Assembly: GCF_006345805.1 (NCBI RefSeq) | Contig: NC_042998.1 | Location: forward strand, 59,830,001-59,894,000 | From: Octopus sinensis | Lineage: Eukaryota | DNA: 64,000 nt | Direction: 5' to 3' | Part shown: positions 42,980 to 54,995 of the stretch, in pieces | Layout: each line of letters begins with the position of its first letter | How positions within the stretch are numbered: position 1 is the stretch's first letter | The notes under the pieces: model-generated | Told to the model about the DNA's origin: nothing | Databases searched by the model: none | Seen by the model: only the letters and a program-made list of their open reading frames with translations | Made by a program: the position numbers and the translations under genes

Positions 42980-43068
<89 letters not shown>

Positions 43069-43775
43069 CTTTGAGAAAGCGAGAGATGTACGTATGTACA
43101 TATATATTGTCTGTTATATGTAGGAAAGTAAATATGATATAGCATAATCTCCCCTACATCCCCTCCCAAACCAATATATAATAAAACATTTTTATCAACA
43201 AACATTTTTATCAAAATTTATGTATCTTACACCTCATTACCACCACCACCCCAGACATAAGCCTTAAACAGCGAAAATTACTGAGAGAAAGAATTTGGGA
43301 ACACATCTGACCATTATATTTCTCACCAAAGGTCAACTATTCAAATGGCTTCATAAAACATTCCTTTAGCACCTCACCACCTCCCAACACCCCCTCGCCA
43401 ATCAAGTATCTTGTAACAATTCACTATTTCCTTTCAGCTCTTATTCATCAACACCCTTTCATTCCCACACTGATTAAAAAACCTCAACCCAACCCCAAAC
43501 ACTCCAAAATCCCATATATAGAATTAGAAAGCCCCAAACTCTCAGATCTGTTTGACAACAAACGTGACACTGTTCTCCAGAAAGCTTAAGGAATTTTTTT
43601 ATAAAGTCTTCCTACCCAAGTTAACAAAGAACTTACTAGATCTACGAACTAAAGTGTAAAATGTATATTACTAAACAATTAAAACTTGATAAATTAAACT
43701 CATTAGAACCAGTGTAGTCATTGCTTTTCTGTTTTCAAATACACCTAACTGTATCAAGATTCTCACATATTTTCC

Positions 43776-43816
<41 letters not shown>

Positions 43817-43913
43817 AAATGTGTGAGAAGCTTCATACAGTTAAGTGTATTTGATACAGTTAAGTGTGGGGGGTATGTGTGTGTAGTTGTATATATGATT
43901 ATTATTATTATTA

Positions 43914-43954
<41 letters not shown>

Positions 43955-44349
43955 GTAGTAGTATTAGTATTATTATTATTATTATTATTATTGCATTTAT
44001 GCTTTCTCTTTTACGTTTATTCTTTGTTTCTCTGTTGCATGTATATGCGTGTCCGCCCTTTTTACATCGGATACACGAAAACAGTAGGAAATGCCCCGGC
44101 AAGCTGCATTAACAGCATAAGTAAATACGCCAGTTTTTTTTTGTTTTTTTTTGTACACTGTCATCTATCACTCTAGCAAGTATGGGATTTTGAAGGTGCT
44201 TATACAGGAAATAATGTCCAGTCGTGTGGTTGGTAGGTATCGAACAGGTTTTTAATGCCTACTTATATGTCATAATTTATTTGCTTCCTTCTACCAAAAC
44301 TAGTTTCATTATGAATACTAAAACCAAAGAAGACTGATGATCAATCTAC

Positions 44350-45300
44350 TACAAATTTGCCTTCTCTAAAGAAACATCAATAATATCGGTCCACCTCAAT
44401 CTACTAACATACCAACCACACATTACATTATTCTATTGCACTGTATTCTTTCATCAGCTATATCTAGGTTATCGCTACTGTCCAAGCAACAATCAATGTT
44501 CCAGCTGTATTATGAGACATAGCGTCTTCGCCTTCATAAAAATCGCGCAGCATCTCTCACAACATCGAAGTATTTCAGTTACTCTGCGTCTCACAACTAG
44601 ATTCCACTAAGTTTGGTTTTGCATGTTGTCTATGAATATAACACATACACTAGGGATCTGAAGGTATAACCGAATCGCATGTCTGCTATGTACACTAGTT
44701 ATTATAATCCCTTGGCTGAGTGTTACTCCAAACAATCTAAGCAAACATTGCATTCATAGCTATTCATTAACCACCGTCTCTCCACCAGCTAGAATGCCTC
44801 CTGTTTAATCGTTAAAACATACCATACAGCAATTCCACTCAGCAAATCCTCTTGTACTTAACATTATAGAAAGGCCCGATTTCTGCCAATCTTATGTTGG
44901 TTAAACCTACCAAAGAGTATACCTTACGACATTACCATATCGTTTAGTTAAATAAGCAAGGCTAACACTCCAGCTAGGTATAAGCATTTACATACTTCAC
45001 ACAACCAAGCCTATAGCTTCACGTGGTTCACAAACAGCTGATGTATGGCTATAGAGGTGATAAGTGTTGCCTATATACGACAAATATTACTCATTTCTAC
45101 AACATGATGATCGACTCTGGCAACTTCTCTTCCAATAATGTCAAACATCACAACAGTACACTACGCAGTTAACATTTGAAGTCTTCTCTTACTGTACGAG
45201 AACCCAATCCTGCTCTTTGAAAACTTTCAACATTCTATTTCTCAAACCGACAGCCACAGTCACAGAGCTGATACACAAGTATTTCGAAGTCATAGTCAAC
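44350..45300 (-). mobile_element. Possible old RTE-type LINE relic
   Basis: Weak DMRFG..IFI.RQ motif remnants only. Confidence 0.35.
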
Positions 45301-45649
45301 TGTTTCCTACTAAAATAAATATTATTCCACATAAAAGTATCGATTGCTCTTTCAGGTTAATGATATATAATTTTTTATATATATAATTAGACATAAAAAC
45401 AAACATTCTCACACACACACATGCACACACATGTATTTATGTATGTGTATTCATGTATGGATATGTGTATATGCATCTATTTGTGTGTGTGTGAATCTGT
45501 TTCCGTGTCCTCTGCGTCTGTATGTATTCATGTTAATAAATGTGTGGTGAGGCGAGTGCATGAATGCCCGCATTTCTGCTTGTGTGTACGCTATTTTCAT
45601 GCGTATGAAAGGATGTATGGTCTAATTTTGCTAGTTTGCATGAGAATTG

Positions 45650-46270
45650 CCGATTTCATGTGTTCGTGTGGTCTCAAGACGTCTCCGGAACTTGGCGCAT
45701 ACATTCCTCCTCGGTGTGTCCCGGAAAATATCTTCGATCACTACCTTCCTCTTGGCCACAAGCTGGGCCTTGGTGAAGCAATGAGACCGGTTCGTCCCTT
45801 CCTAAAACGCACACCACACATAGTAATCAATCGTATTTAGGAGGCCAGAAAATCGTAGAAAGTCTGAAACAAGCGCTTCTGACTCTATCCGGTGCTATGG
45901 CAAGGAGTCCAATCCTGTTGCTATACATATCACATTACAGTGGCAACTCTCTATAGTCAGGGATTGACCACAGTCTCCAACAACTTCACATATCCGTCTG
46001 AATTGAACTTAAGGCCATGTTCAAAGCTGTAGAGCTGCGTTACGGCACACACAGGCCATCGCAGATCTCGGATCGGAATAACTTCCTTTTCATGAGGTCT
46101 ATGTAAAGTTTTAGGACCTTTATAGATTTCACGGGCCAGTGAGCGGCGCCAGTCATTTTGAAAGAAGTAAATCTTTTCCAATATTCAGGCTGATTCCAGT
46201 CCTCCATGTCAGTAAGCTTTTCTGCAACTATAACTTTAATGATTATGCTCTTCAACACTGTTGACTGTTC
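45650..46270 (-). mobile_element. Tc1/mariner relic (maT/DD37D-like)
   Basis: FEHGLKFNSDGYVKLLETVVNPW and DYYVW..TNRS..TKAQLVAK..FRRRLE. Confidence 0.7.
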
Positions 46271-46616
46271 AGCAATGCATCAAGCTATTACCAGAAAAGA
46301 AGACTTATATAACATAAAATTTAGCCTATATTTCCAACAATCCATTTCTTTAATATGAAATCCATCGGCTTTTTACAGACATAAAAAGAAAAGATACCAC
46401 TTATCTTATACTGATAATGTCAAAGGATAATATATTATTTCGCTCGATCTATTTCACAGATTGCCAACAATTAGTATTGGGGCTTGAAATACTTCGTTTA
46501 TGACATTTCATTTCTGTTAAATTATTTATTTCCTTATTTATTTTACTCTAGAAATACGTTGAATTCTTTCTCACTGCACGCTAAATATCACCATATATAT
46601 ACATATATATATATAT

Positions 46617-46655
<39 letters not shown>

Positions 46656-46842
46656 ATACACACACACACAAATGTGAGAGCGTGTGTATGTGCGTATACG
46701 TGTATATGTATATGTGCGTATGCCTGTATATATATATATAAATAGATGAGTGTATTTTTACCTCGTTAACAATTAACACGGAAAAAATAAATAAATGGTT
46801 ACCAGGGCAGCAAACTCCATTTTTTTATTTATATATATATAT

Positions 46843-47634
46843 ATATAAAATAGTAAAAAGTGAAAAAACTACAGAAGGCTTGTTTTAAAAGGTTAAAAAA
46901 TATAAATTTGAGTCAATATGTCTGAAGAATTTTTTTTCATACAATGACATAGTATAGTAAAAAATGACCGGTTTCGCGTTCAGCTTTTCAAATGTCTTAA
47001 AGCGTTGTTTACGTTGAGCGGTGATCTAGATAATAAGTGATTTCTTCCGGTGTAAGGGAGATAATCGCTTAAAATTATTTGCCTTTCTTTTGGATTTAGT
47101 TTCTCTGTATAAGTATGTTGGAATGGTTAAGTTTGGGCTTGTATTTTTCAATGAAGAATGTTTCCTTTTTTAGTCTCATTTGTGTTGGTGTTCCGATAGC
47201 ACATTGGTAGAATGGAAAGATTGGAAATGTGCTATCGGAACACCAACACAAATTAGACTAAACAAGGAAACATTCTTCATTGAAAAATACAAGCCGAAAC
47301 TTAACCATTCCAACATACTTATACAGAGAAACTCAATCCAAAAGAAAGGCAAATAATTTTAAGCGATTATCTCCTTTACACCGGAAGAAATCACTTATTA
47401 TCTAGATCACCGCACAACGTAAACATAACGTTTTAAGAAATTTGAAAAGCTGAACGCGAAACCGGTCATTTCTTCTATACTATGTCATTGTATGAAAAAC
47501 ATTTATAGCATTCTTCAGACATATTGACTCAAATATATATTTTTTAACCTTTTAAAACAAGTTTTCTGTAGTTTTTTCACTTTTTACTATTTTCTATATA
47601 TTCAACCACGTGCTTTCACATACCAACTTTCTTA

Positions 47635-47637
<3 letters not shown>
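46843..47637. mobile_element. Tail-out inverted (fold-back) PLE pair, about 360-bp arms with a 20-nt spacer
   Basis: 46843-47205 is the reverse complement of 47226-47600. Arms encode the GIY-YIG end RLNKETFFIEKYKPKLN; the right arm has an extra tail of about 37 nt; both ends lie in (TA)n. Confidence 0.92.
47437..47472 (+). ncRNA. Minimal type-I hammerhead with U3-A8 core
   Basis: gaaat-TTGAAAA-gc(tgaac)gc-GAAA-ccggt-C-atttc; perfect 5-bp stem I. Mirror copy at 46961-46996 (-). Confidence 0.75.
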
Positions 47638-47669
<32 letters not shown>

Positions 47670-47776
47670 CAATTGTTCGGTTGTTTTCCACCTGCCTTCG
47701 ACTTTTGTCTATTTTCATAAAGCTTCCCGTTATATATATAGATACATATATATACATAAATATACGTATATATTTC

Positions 47777-47858
<82 letters not shown>

Positions 47859-48339
47859 CATATGAATATGGTACTTAAGTTGAAGGCACTAGAATTTAGT
47901 ATGGTATTATCCATTCAATTTAAAATAAGGTGATTATAATCAAATTAATCAACAAGGATATCCAGAGGTAAGGCAGTACAATCATTTCATGCAACTCCAT
48001 TTAATTGAACGATGTAAACATTACATCAATTTGAAATGTAGAGCAATCTTCATCTGCACAAAAAACATAGAATTTAATTAAATTCGAAGGACTCATTAGT
48101 ATAATTTCATCCAAAATCTCCAACCGGATAATGAGAAAGACAAAGAACATGTTTTACCAACAACATCACAGTTGTAACCGAAAAGACACTGCTTTTCCCT
48201 GAATATTTCTGTTATTTAGACTTTAATTTGGGGGCGGTGTTAGTTTTAATTTTATAGGCTAGTTTATCAAATCTGAGAAAAGACAGAGTGTATTATCAGT
48301 TTGGGGTGAGGTAAAGTAGATAGACAATTTAAATGGCAT

Positions 48340-49660
48340 AGTCATAAATCAAGATTTATTTGAAGCAAAGTCATGAAGAGGGAAGGCGAGTTGAGCCCAT
48401 GTGGAGCAAAGAAGTGGAGAGAAGATTAATACCTGCTCACGGCATGGGAGAGTGACTGAGAGAAGAAGATGGAAAAAGCCAGAGAGAGAAGGTGGTATTT
48501 TGGAGAGATTAGAACGAATGGTGGCGCGCATAAGGTGGTAGGATGTAGTACGGAGTATGGGTAAGGTGGTTCAAGCAGAGTGTAGAATGGGGTGAAAATG
48601 GAGGTGGAAACCTTTCGCGATGAGGCGTTGATGAAGGCAGCGACTGAGAAAAGAGAGGTGGCTGAGATAGCGTGTCTTTTTTAATTAGTAGGGAAGGTTA
48701 CTAGAAGGTTGAAAGCAGCGGAAAGGATGTGTGGAAGTGTGGAAAGGTCATTTTTAAGGTGATGGTGAATGTGGAAGATGAAAGATTTGTATTCGGGCAT
48801 GACTGATAAACGAGATGAAAAGAGAAAGAAGAAAAAAGGAAAATAGAGAGGAGAGAGAGAGAAAGGTAAATAAAGACGTGAGGATGAAAAATTCAAAAGG
48901 TGTAGGTAGAAACTATGCAAAAGGCGAGAGGAGAAAAATGCAAATGGCGTAAGGAGAAAAAATAGAAGAGGTGGGAGGAGAATGAAAACTAAAATCAAGG
49001 AGAGAAAGAAGGAGGAGGAATGAAGGAACAAAGAGAGGGGAGTAGAAAGGGAGAAGAGAAGACAAAAGGGAAAAAGAGAAGGAAGGGAAAGAGAGGGGAG
49101 GTAACAAGTGCGGATTGAGAAAAACGACAATAGGAAAAAGCAGAAAGTACAAAAAAGTTTAGAAATGTTCAAATGGTTCAAACGTCATGGTGTACTGGAG
49201 CGATTTCTCATCAAAGGAAGAGTCCAGGGTAATCCATGGGTAAGAGGAGTGCAGCCGACGCGCGGGAGTCCAAGAGCTGGAGAGCAGAAGAAAATCCACG
49301 TAGAGAATCCAGGTAGAATAGTCCAAGAAAATTTCGAAGTGGAGGCGTCTGGGTAATTGCTCAGTGAACTTATTTATAAAGTGCACCTTTGTTAACATTA
49401 TCGAGAATGACTCCTCGGAACATAACTAACATTTGCGGGATATAGTGTTGTAGGGACTTACGTGTTTAAGTATGGACCATGTAAGGTCGTACTTCGTCTT
49501 CGCTCCTTTGAGCCTCCAGATAAAACCGGCCAGTGATGTTACTCGTCGATTAAGAATATAAACTAGTGAGACATTTTATTGATGTACCCGAAGAGACACA
49601 GAACAGGTCGAAACATGTGCTGTACCTAAAGAAATCTATTACACATTCCATCTATTTTAT
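48340..49660. mobile_element. PLE-derived fragment: ORF N-terminus on minus strand, hammerhead relic on plus strand
   Basis: Minus-strand TRYLSHLSFLSRCLHQRLIAKGFHLHF (about 48595-48680) resembles PLE N-termini. Plus-strand CCGAAGA-gac..gtc-GAAA-catgt at 49588-49618. Confidence 0.6.
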
Positions 49661-49689
49661 TATTTGTACACACACACACACACACACAC

Positions 49690-49725
<36 letters not shown>

Positions 49726-50095
49726 TATATATATACGTTGATATACATGTTTTTTAAAAGGTTGAATGGAAATTCGTACTTTAATTAGAGTAGTTTCCAA
49801 AAGATATCTAACGTTGTTTCTTCATACCTTACTTTCAATTTACTGGTGTAAATTAGCGTCGATATCAAAAGTTGTATAGGTATATTAAGTATTTGATCTA
49901 ACTTATTAAACAAAGTTCAACAAATTCAATCACATTCTACGTAAATACAGAAGATTAGATGCTAATATGGATGATCTCTTTTTTTTTATTCATGTAGCTA
50001 TACAATGGTTTCATACAGAAAGGTAATAAATGCATTTTAAGAATTTGAGTTGTCGTCAAAAAGTACTTTCCAGTACCCGAAATAAGAAAAAAGAA

Positions 50096-50168
<73 letters not shown>

Positions 50169-50171
<3 letters not shown>

Positions 50172-50309
50172 AAAGTTGGTATGTGAAAGCACGTGGTTGA
50201 ATATATAGAAAATAGTAAAAAGTGAAAAAACTAGAGAAGGCTTGTTTTAAAAGATTAAAAAAAGGTTAACCTTTTAAAACAAGCCTTCTGTAGTTTTTTC
50301 GCTTTTAAC

Positions 50310-50320
<11 letters not shown>
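50169..50320. repeat. Mini fold-back of the same PLE terminus as the 47-kb pair
   Basis: Both arms match 47545-47637; centre aaaaggttaacctttt; flanked by (TA)n. Confidence 0.88.
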
Positions 50321-50354
<34 letters not shown>

Positions 50355-50772
50355 TTTATATTATATTGAGGGTACTATTATTCGTAGATACCAACACGCT
50401 AAGAGGGACCAATGCGGTCAAAACTACTAAAAATAAACAAAATTTTACCGAATGCAAAACTTCAAAACACATCATTTTAAAAAAGAATTCAGTTACATAT
50501 CCCATGTGATTTCGCATTTAATGCAGAATATGCATTTCATGTTCGTCAGTGCAACAAACTCAAGAAATATAAGAAAAAACATAACATTACAAACTCGATA
50601 GCCAACCGTAGAATTCGTCGTAGCTTGTACGAATGTTTATCCTTACATAAAATGATGTGTTTTGAAGTTTTGCATTCGGTAAAATTTTGTTTATTTTTAG
50701 TAGTTTTGACCGCATTGGTCCCTCTTAGCGTGTTGGTATCTACGAATAGTAGTACCCTCAATATAATATAAA
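50355..50772. mobile_element. Inverted-repeat mini-element (125-bp arms, one mismatch seen) enclosing a hammerhead
   Basis: Arms at 50355-50479 and 50648-50772. The spacer holds an HHR on the minus strand at 50492-50555. Confidence 0.85.
50492..50555 (-). ncRNA. Type-I hammerhead motif, canonical core
   Basis: gttgca-CTGACGA-acat..atgc-GAAA-tcacatgggat-A-tgtaac; 6-bp stem I, near-palindromic helix III, A-C mismatch at 10.1/11.1. Confidence 0.7.
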
Positions 50773-52914
50773 TGAATATTTTCAAAGAGGAAGAATTTAC
50801 GGATTTTTTCTCTTACGAGGTTTTTCACGCTGACTACTGATAATTTCTTTTAAAGATTTTATCCTCAATTGTTAATATATATATATACATATATACATAT
50901 ATCAGAATTATAAGTATATATATGAGTATATATATGAAGCAATATACACTACCTTATAGTTGGGAATATGGAAGAATATATACATATATACGCGTAGGGG
51001 GAGTGTAGAGATGCCTTCTAACTTATTTGCTTAATTGTTTCAAAAAATATGTATAAAATCTAGAACAGAGTGTAGTTTAGATACTTCAACTAAACACAGA
51101 AATAGCTGATAAGTACAGGAAGAATAGTCTACATAATTTTGTCACTTTATTATTTCTAAACATTAAATATTATTCCTTATTGTTTTGCCCTTTCTTCTTT
51201 ATACTATGGCAATTTATAGTCTTGCTATATAGTCTCTTTATTTCTGTATTTTGTATTTTTGATTATAAGTGCGTTTCGTCTTTCATCATATCTATGGGAT
51301 TTAGTTTTGTTTGTAAATTGCTCGAGACGCACTGCTCTGTGTATGTTTTCTCACAAACAGTGAAATGAAAGTAGGATCTAATAACAACGAATTTAAATAA
51401 TAAGCTGAGGAGACGCATTTTACACCTTAGGTGGATGATGATAATTGCACAACATCTCACCAATATTCTACAAGTGTCAAAATGTGTTGAAAGAATTGTA
51501 GTGTTTTAAATGAAAAATGTTGTACATTCTCTTTTCTATCATTTATTTAAACTCAACGGATGCTATGGAATTCCTGAAGCATATATCTCTACTGCATCAT
51601 GTCATCAGCTTGCAAATGATTGTGAACGAGATTTTTATAGTATACTACTAGCTTTTTGTCAGAGAGAAAGAGAAATGAAGGAAGTGAGGGAGACAGATAA
51701 GTAGATAGACAAATAGGCAGGGAGAGAGCGCGAGAGAGTATGTGAGAGGAAGAGAGAGAGGGGGATAAAATCAGACGCAGACAAACCATGCTAACACGGA
51801 CAGCTGCACATACACACAGATATATACGACTTACCAAGCGATTTCACAAGTCCAAAGTAATAAGGTGTGATTTGAAAAACTTTGATTTTGAACTATAATC
51901 CATAAATTCTACTTCTTTCGTTATATAAAATTTTCACTAGTCACCAGGCAAAAATATTTGTATCTTTAACTATCTCCGTTTCTCTGCATATACGTGGATG
52001 AGTGTGCACATGTTTGCGTGTGTGTGTTTCTTAAAGCAATGAATAATACAACTTCTTTTGGAACGGATTTTTTTTATTTTTTGAAAACTTAAATCACTAC
52101 TAATCTTTATAAGGCGTTTCTCTGCTTCGGTTTGTCGTGGAGGTTGAAAATTTAAAACCAATATAGATAGATTTTCGTATGAAAAATACAAAAAAATATG
52201 CGTTTGTCATCAGAAAAATACTCGCAAAATGCGGAAATGTGGAGAACAAACAAAAGAATCCCAGAAGGAATTTCTATCTGGGAGTATATGTATTTAACGC
52301 TGAGCTTTGATTAGATACTAAGTGATAGGTAGCCCCATGTGTTTTACTTGCCTGCATGAGCATATTAAATGAAATGAGGCTTATATGTATTCGTGCTTCG
52401 TAATTAAAGACCAAGGAGAAGATAATAGAAAATATAGATTTTGTCGTGAAATAGGATTTCGTGAACAAGTCTCAAACTATAGTATCGGTCAAACATTTTG
52501 CGGGAAAAAGTAGAACAACTTCGTGGTTATACGAGTGTATCAGATAATGTTATATAAAGGTTGCTGACAGGACAAAAAGTAATATAAATACTAAAGAAAA
52601 AAATGATATTTTAAAAAAATGAATCATTGTAGAAAATGTTCTATTCTTCCACATATAGGGATATATGCGAAAGCAGGTATGTATCATGTATCAGTTCATA
52701 ATAATAGGTATAGTCATGCATCTTCATATGAATTTACGTACCTATGTATCTTTAGCTTCTAAAATATATGCGTATTTATGTGTTGCCCACATGGGATTGC
52801 ACCTAGAATGCTACCATCCGAGGCACAAGTCCGTGCAAGGTTATTTATGGAAGACCAACAGTCAAATTTGTGTACTAGCTTCCCCTCTTCATGCCATTGA
52901 TTTGCCTATGGGAT

Positions 52915-53098
52915 AAGCAAGGGCTGATACAGCATGACACCAGTGACGAATGACGTTGGAACTCATTTCCACAGCTGACTGAACGCGAGCAGCGTGAAAT
53001 AAAGTGTCTTGCTCAAGAACGCAATACAAAGCTCGGTCAGAAAATCGAACTCACTACCTTGTGATTGTGAGCCCGACGCTCTAACCACTGAGCACGAG
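52915..53098 (-). mobile_element. tRNA-derived SINE
   Basis: gctcagtggttagagcgtcgggctc..gagttcgatt head with A-box and B-box. Confidence 0.8.
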
Positions 53099-53771
53099 GA
53101 TAGCAAATAATGTGCGAAAGATTAACCTGTGAGTTAAGGCGACACTTTTTCTCAACGCTAATATTCTCTTCTGTTCTTTCTATTTCTAAGAATATAATGT
53201 AGCTTGATACCCTCATATAAGCACATCATATTGGTGTTTTCTCGAAAGAAATCTATAAACCGATAAACTCTTTTTCCGAACTTTTCCTTTGAAACCTACT
53301 TCCTGATATTTACCATATCTTCTGTTTTCTATGTTCATTTATTATAAATCAAGAGTATTTTATATACCAACAACCCTACTTCGTCCACTATGTTCTCACA
53401 TATATGCAAAACACCAAATTATAAAAATTTCTCAGTACCCAACAAAAATCATCAAATTCAAACATTATTCTGCACAGCTTTCAAAAATACTTTAGATTAT
53501 TTGGTTTTTCTTTTCTTCGATTATTTTTGCTTACGTTTACTATAAAGTCTTCCATATATACCTTATATACATATAGACCAAGAAGACTATATATATATAT
53601 ATATATTATATATATATATATATGAGATAATGATGTCGTTGAGATCCAAAAGTGTCAAGTAATGCTGAACAAGTTCTATAAGTTCCAGATTCGGTAATAT
53701 TGCGAATAAAGTTTTCAACGTTAGTTCTATGTCAGCGTGTATATATGATAATTTTTTGCGTAATAAGATTG

Positions 53772-54054
53772 AAAACCAAGACTGTGTAGATATTAGAGCA
53801 TTTATAGATAGAATGTCTTACAGCTGTTTCTAGGATATTTATTAATTATGTCCCTTCATCGGAAACGGTGTGAGAGGGTAGTTAAGACATAGTTTACATG
53901 CGATACACTCTCCATTTTGTATCACATCTAAGCTAACTATGACTTAACCATCCTCTCACACCGTGTCCGCTGAAGGGATATAATTAATTAATATCCTAGA
54001 AACAGCTGTAAGTCCTATCTATAAATGCTCTAATATCTACACAGCTTTGGTTTT
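53772..54054. mobile_element. Fold-back PLE-type termini (135-bp arms, 12-nt spacer), hammerhead relic in each arm
   Basis: Arms at 53772-53906 and 53919-54054. Cores CCGATGA (53856-53862, -) and CCGCTGA (53967-53973, +); helix III ACAGCTGT. Confidence 0.85.
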
Positions 54055-54092
54055 TTATCTTATTACGCCAAAAATTCTTATGTATATATATA

Positions 54093-54958
54093 TCTTTATA
54101 TATATAAAACTGAGAATGTGTGTGTGTGTGTGTCTGTCTGTATGTGTGTTTCCCTAAAACTTGATAACTACACAACCAATTTCATTCAAACTTTACACAT
54201 GCCTTACTTAGGGTCCGGGGAGTGTCATCGGCAAAAAAAGTAACTTTTTGCCTAGGGCGAGCCCACAGCAATATCATATCTTCTCCACTACGATTCCCTA
54301 AAACTTTAGAACTACACAACCAATTTCATTCCAATTTTACACATGCCTTACTTAGGGTCCATGTAGTTTCATGGGCAAAAAAAATGTTCAACTTCTTGCC
54401 TAGAGCGAGCCTATAGCAATACCATATCTTCTCCACTATTTCAGTATTACGTGTTAAAGCGAAACAAAAATATTTCTCTATTTTATGTCAGATGCTTTCA
54501 CTTTAACAATAAAAATAATAATAACAATTGAATCATATGTACTAAGTAATAATTAAAATCAAACTAAAGTATAATATAATCGTAACATACAAAAGTAAAA
54601 ATAGCTATTGGTATAAAATTGCATCAATGATTTGAATTTGAATAAGTGGTTTCACATGAATGGGAATAAATAAAACATATAATTAGCGTGCAGAAATGGA
54701 ATAGTCCAGGTGGATAATAAAAAACCGAATTAAAGAAAAGACTATTGTCTATAAAGTATACAATGTAGAGAAAAAAGAAGAGCTAAAACATTCCAGTCTG
54801 TTATATATTTTGAGTATTGTTATCACTAGCGATATCAAGATATAACTTTGTATTTTGCATTTTATGTGTAGATGTATATATATAGATGTACATGTAACAT
54901 GTACACATATATACATGCACTAGCACTATGACCCGGCAACGACGGGTCTTTAATGCTA

Positions 54959-54959
<1 letters not shown>
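54093..54959 (+). mobile_element. Complete non-autonomous Helitron
   Basis: A|TC 5' end, subterminal hairpin gacccg..cgggtc (54930-54948), CTAG|T 3' end; internal 144-bp tandem duplication (54150 and 54294). Confidence 0.88.
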
Positions 54960-54960
<1 letters not shown>

Positions 54961-54995
<35 letters not shown>

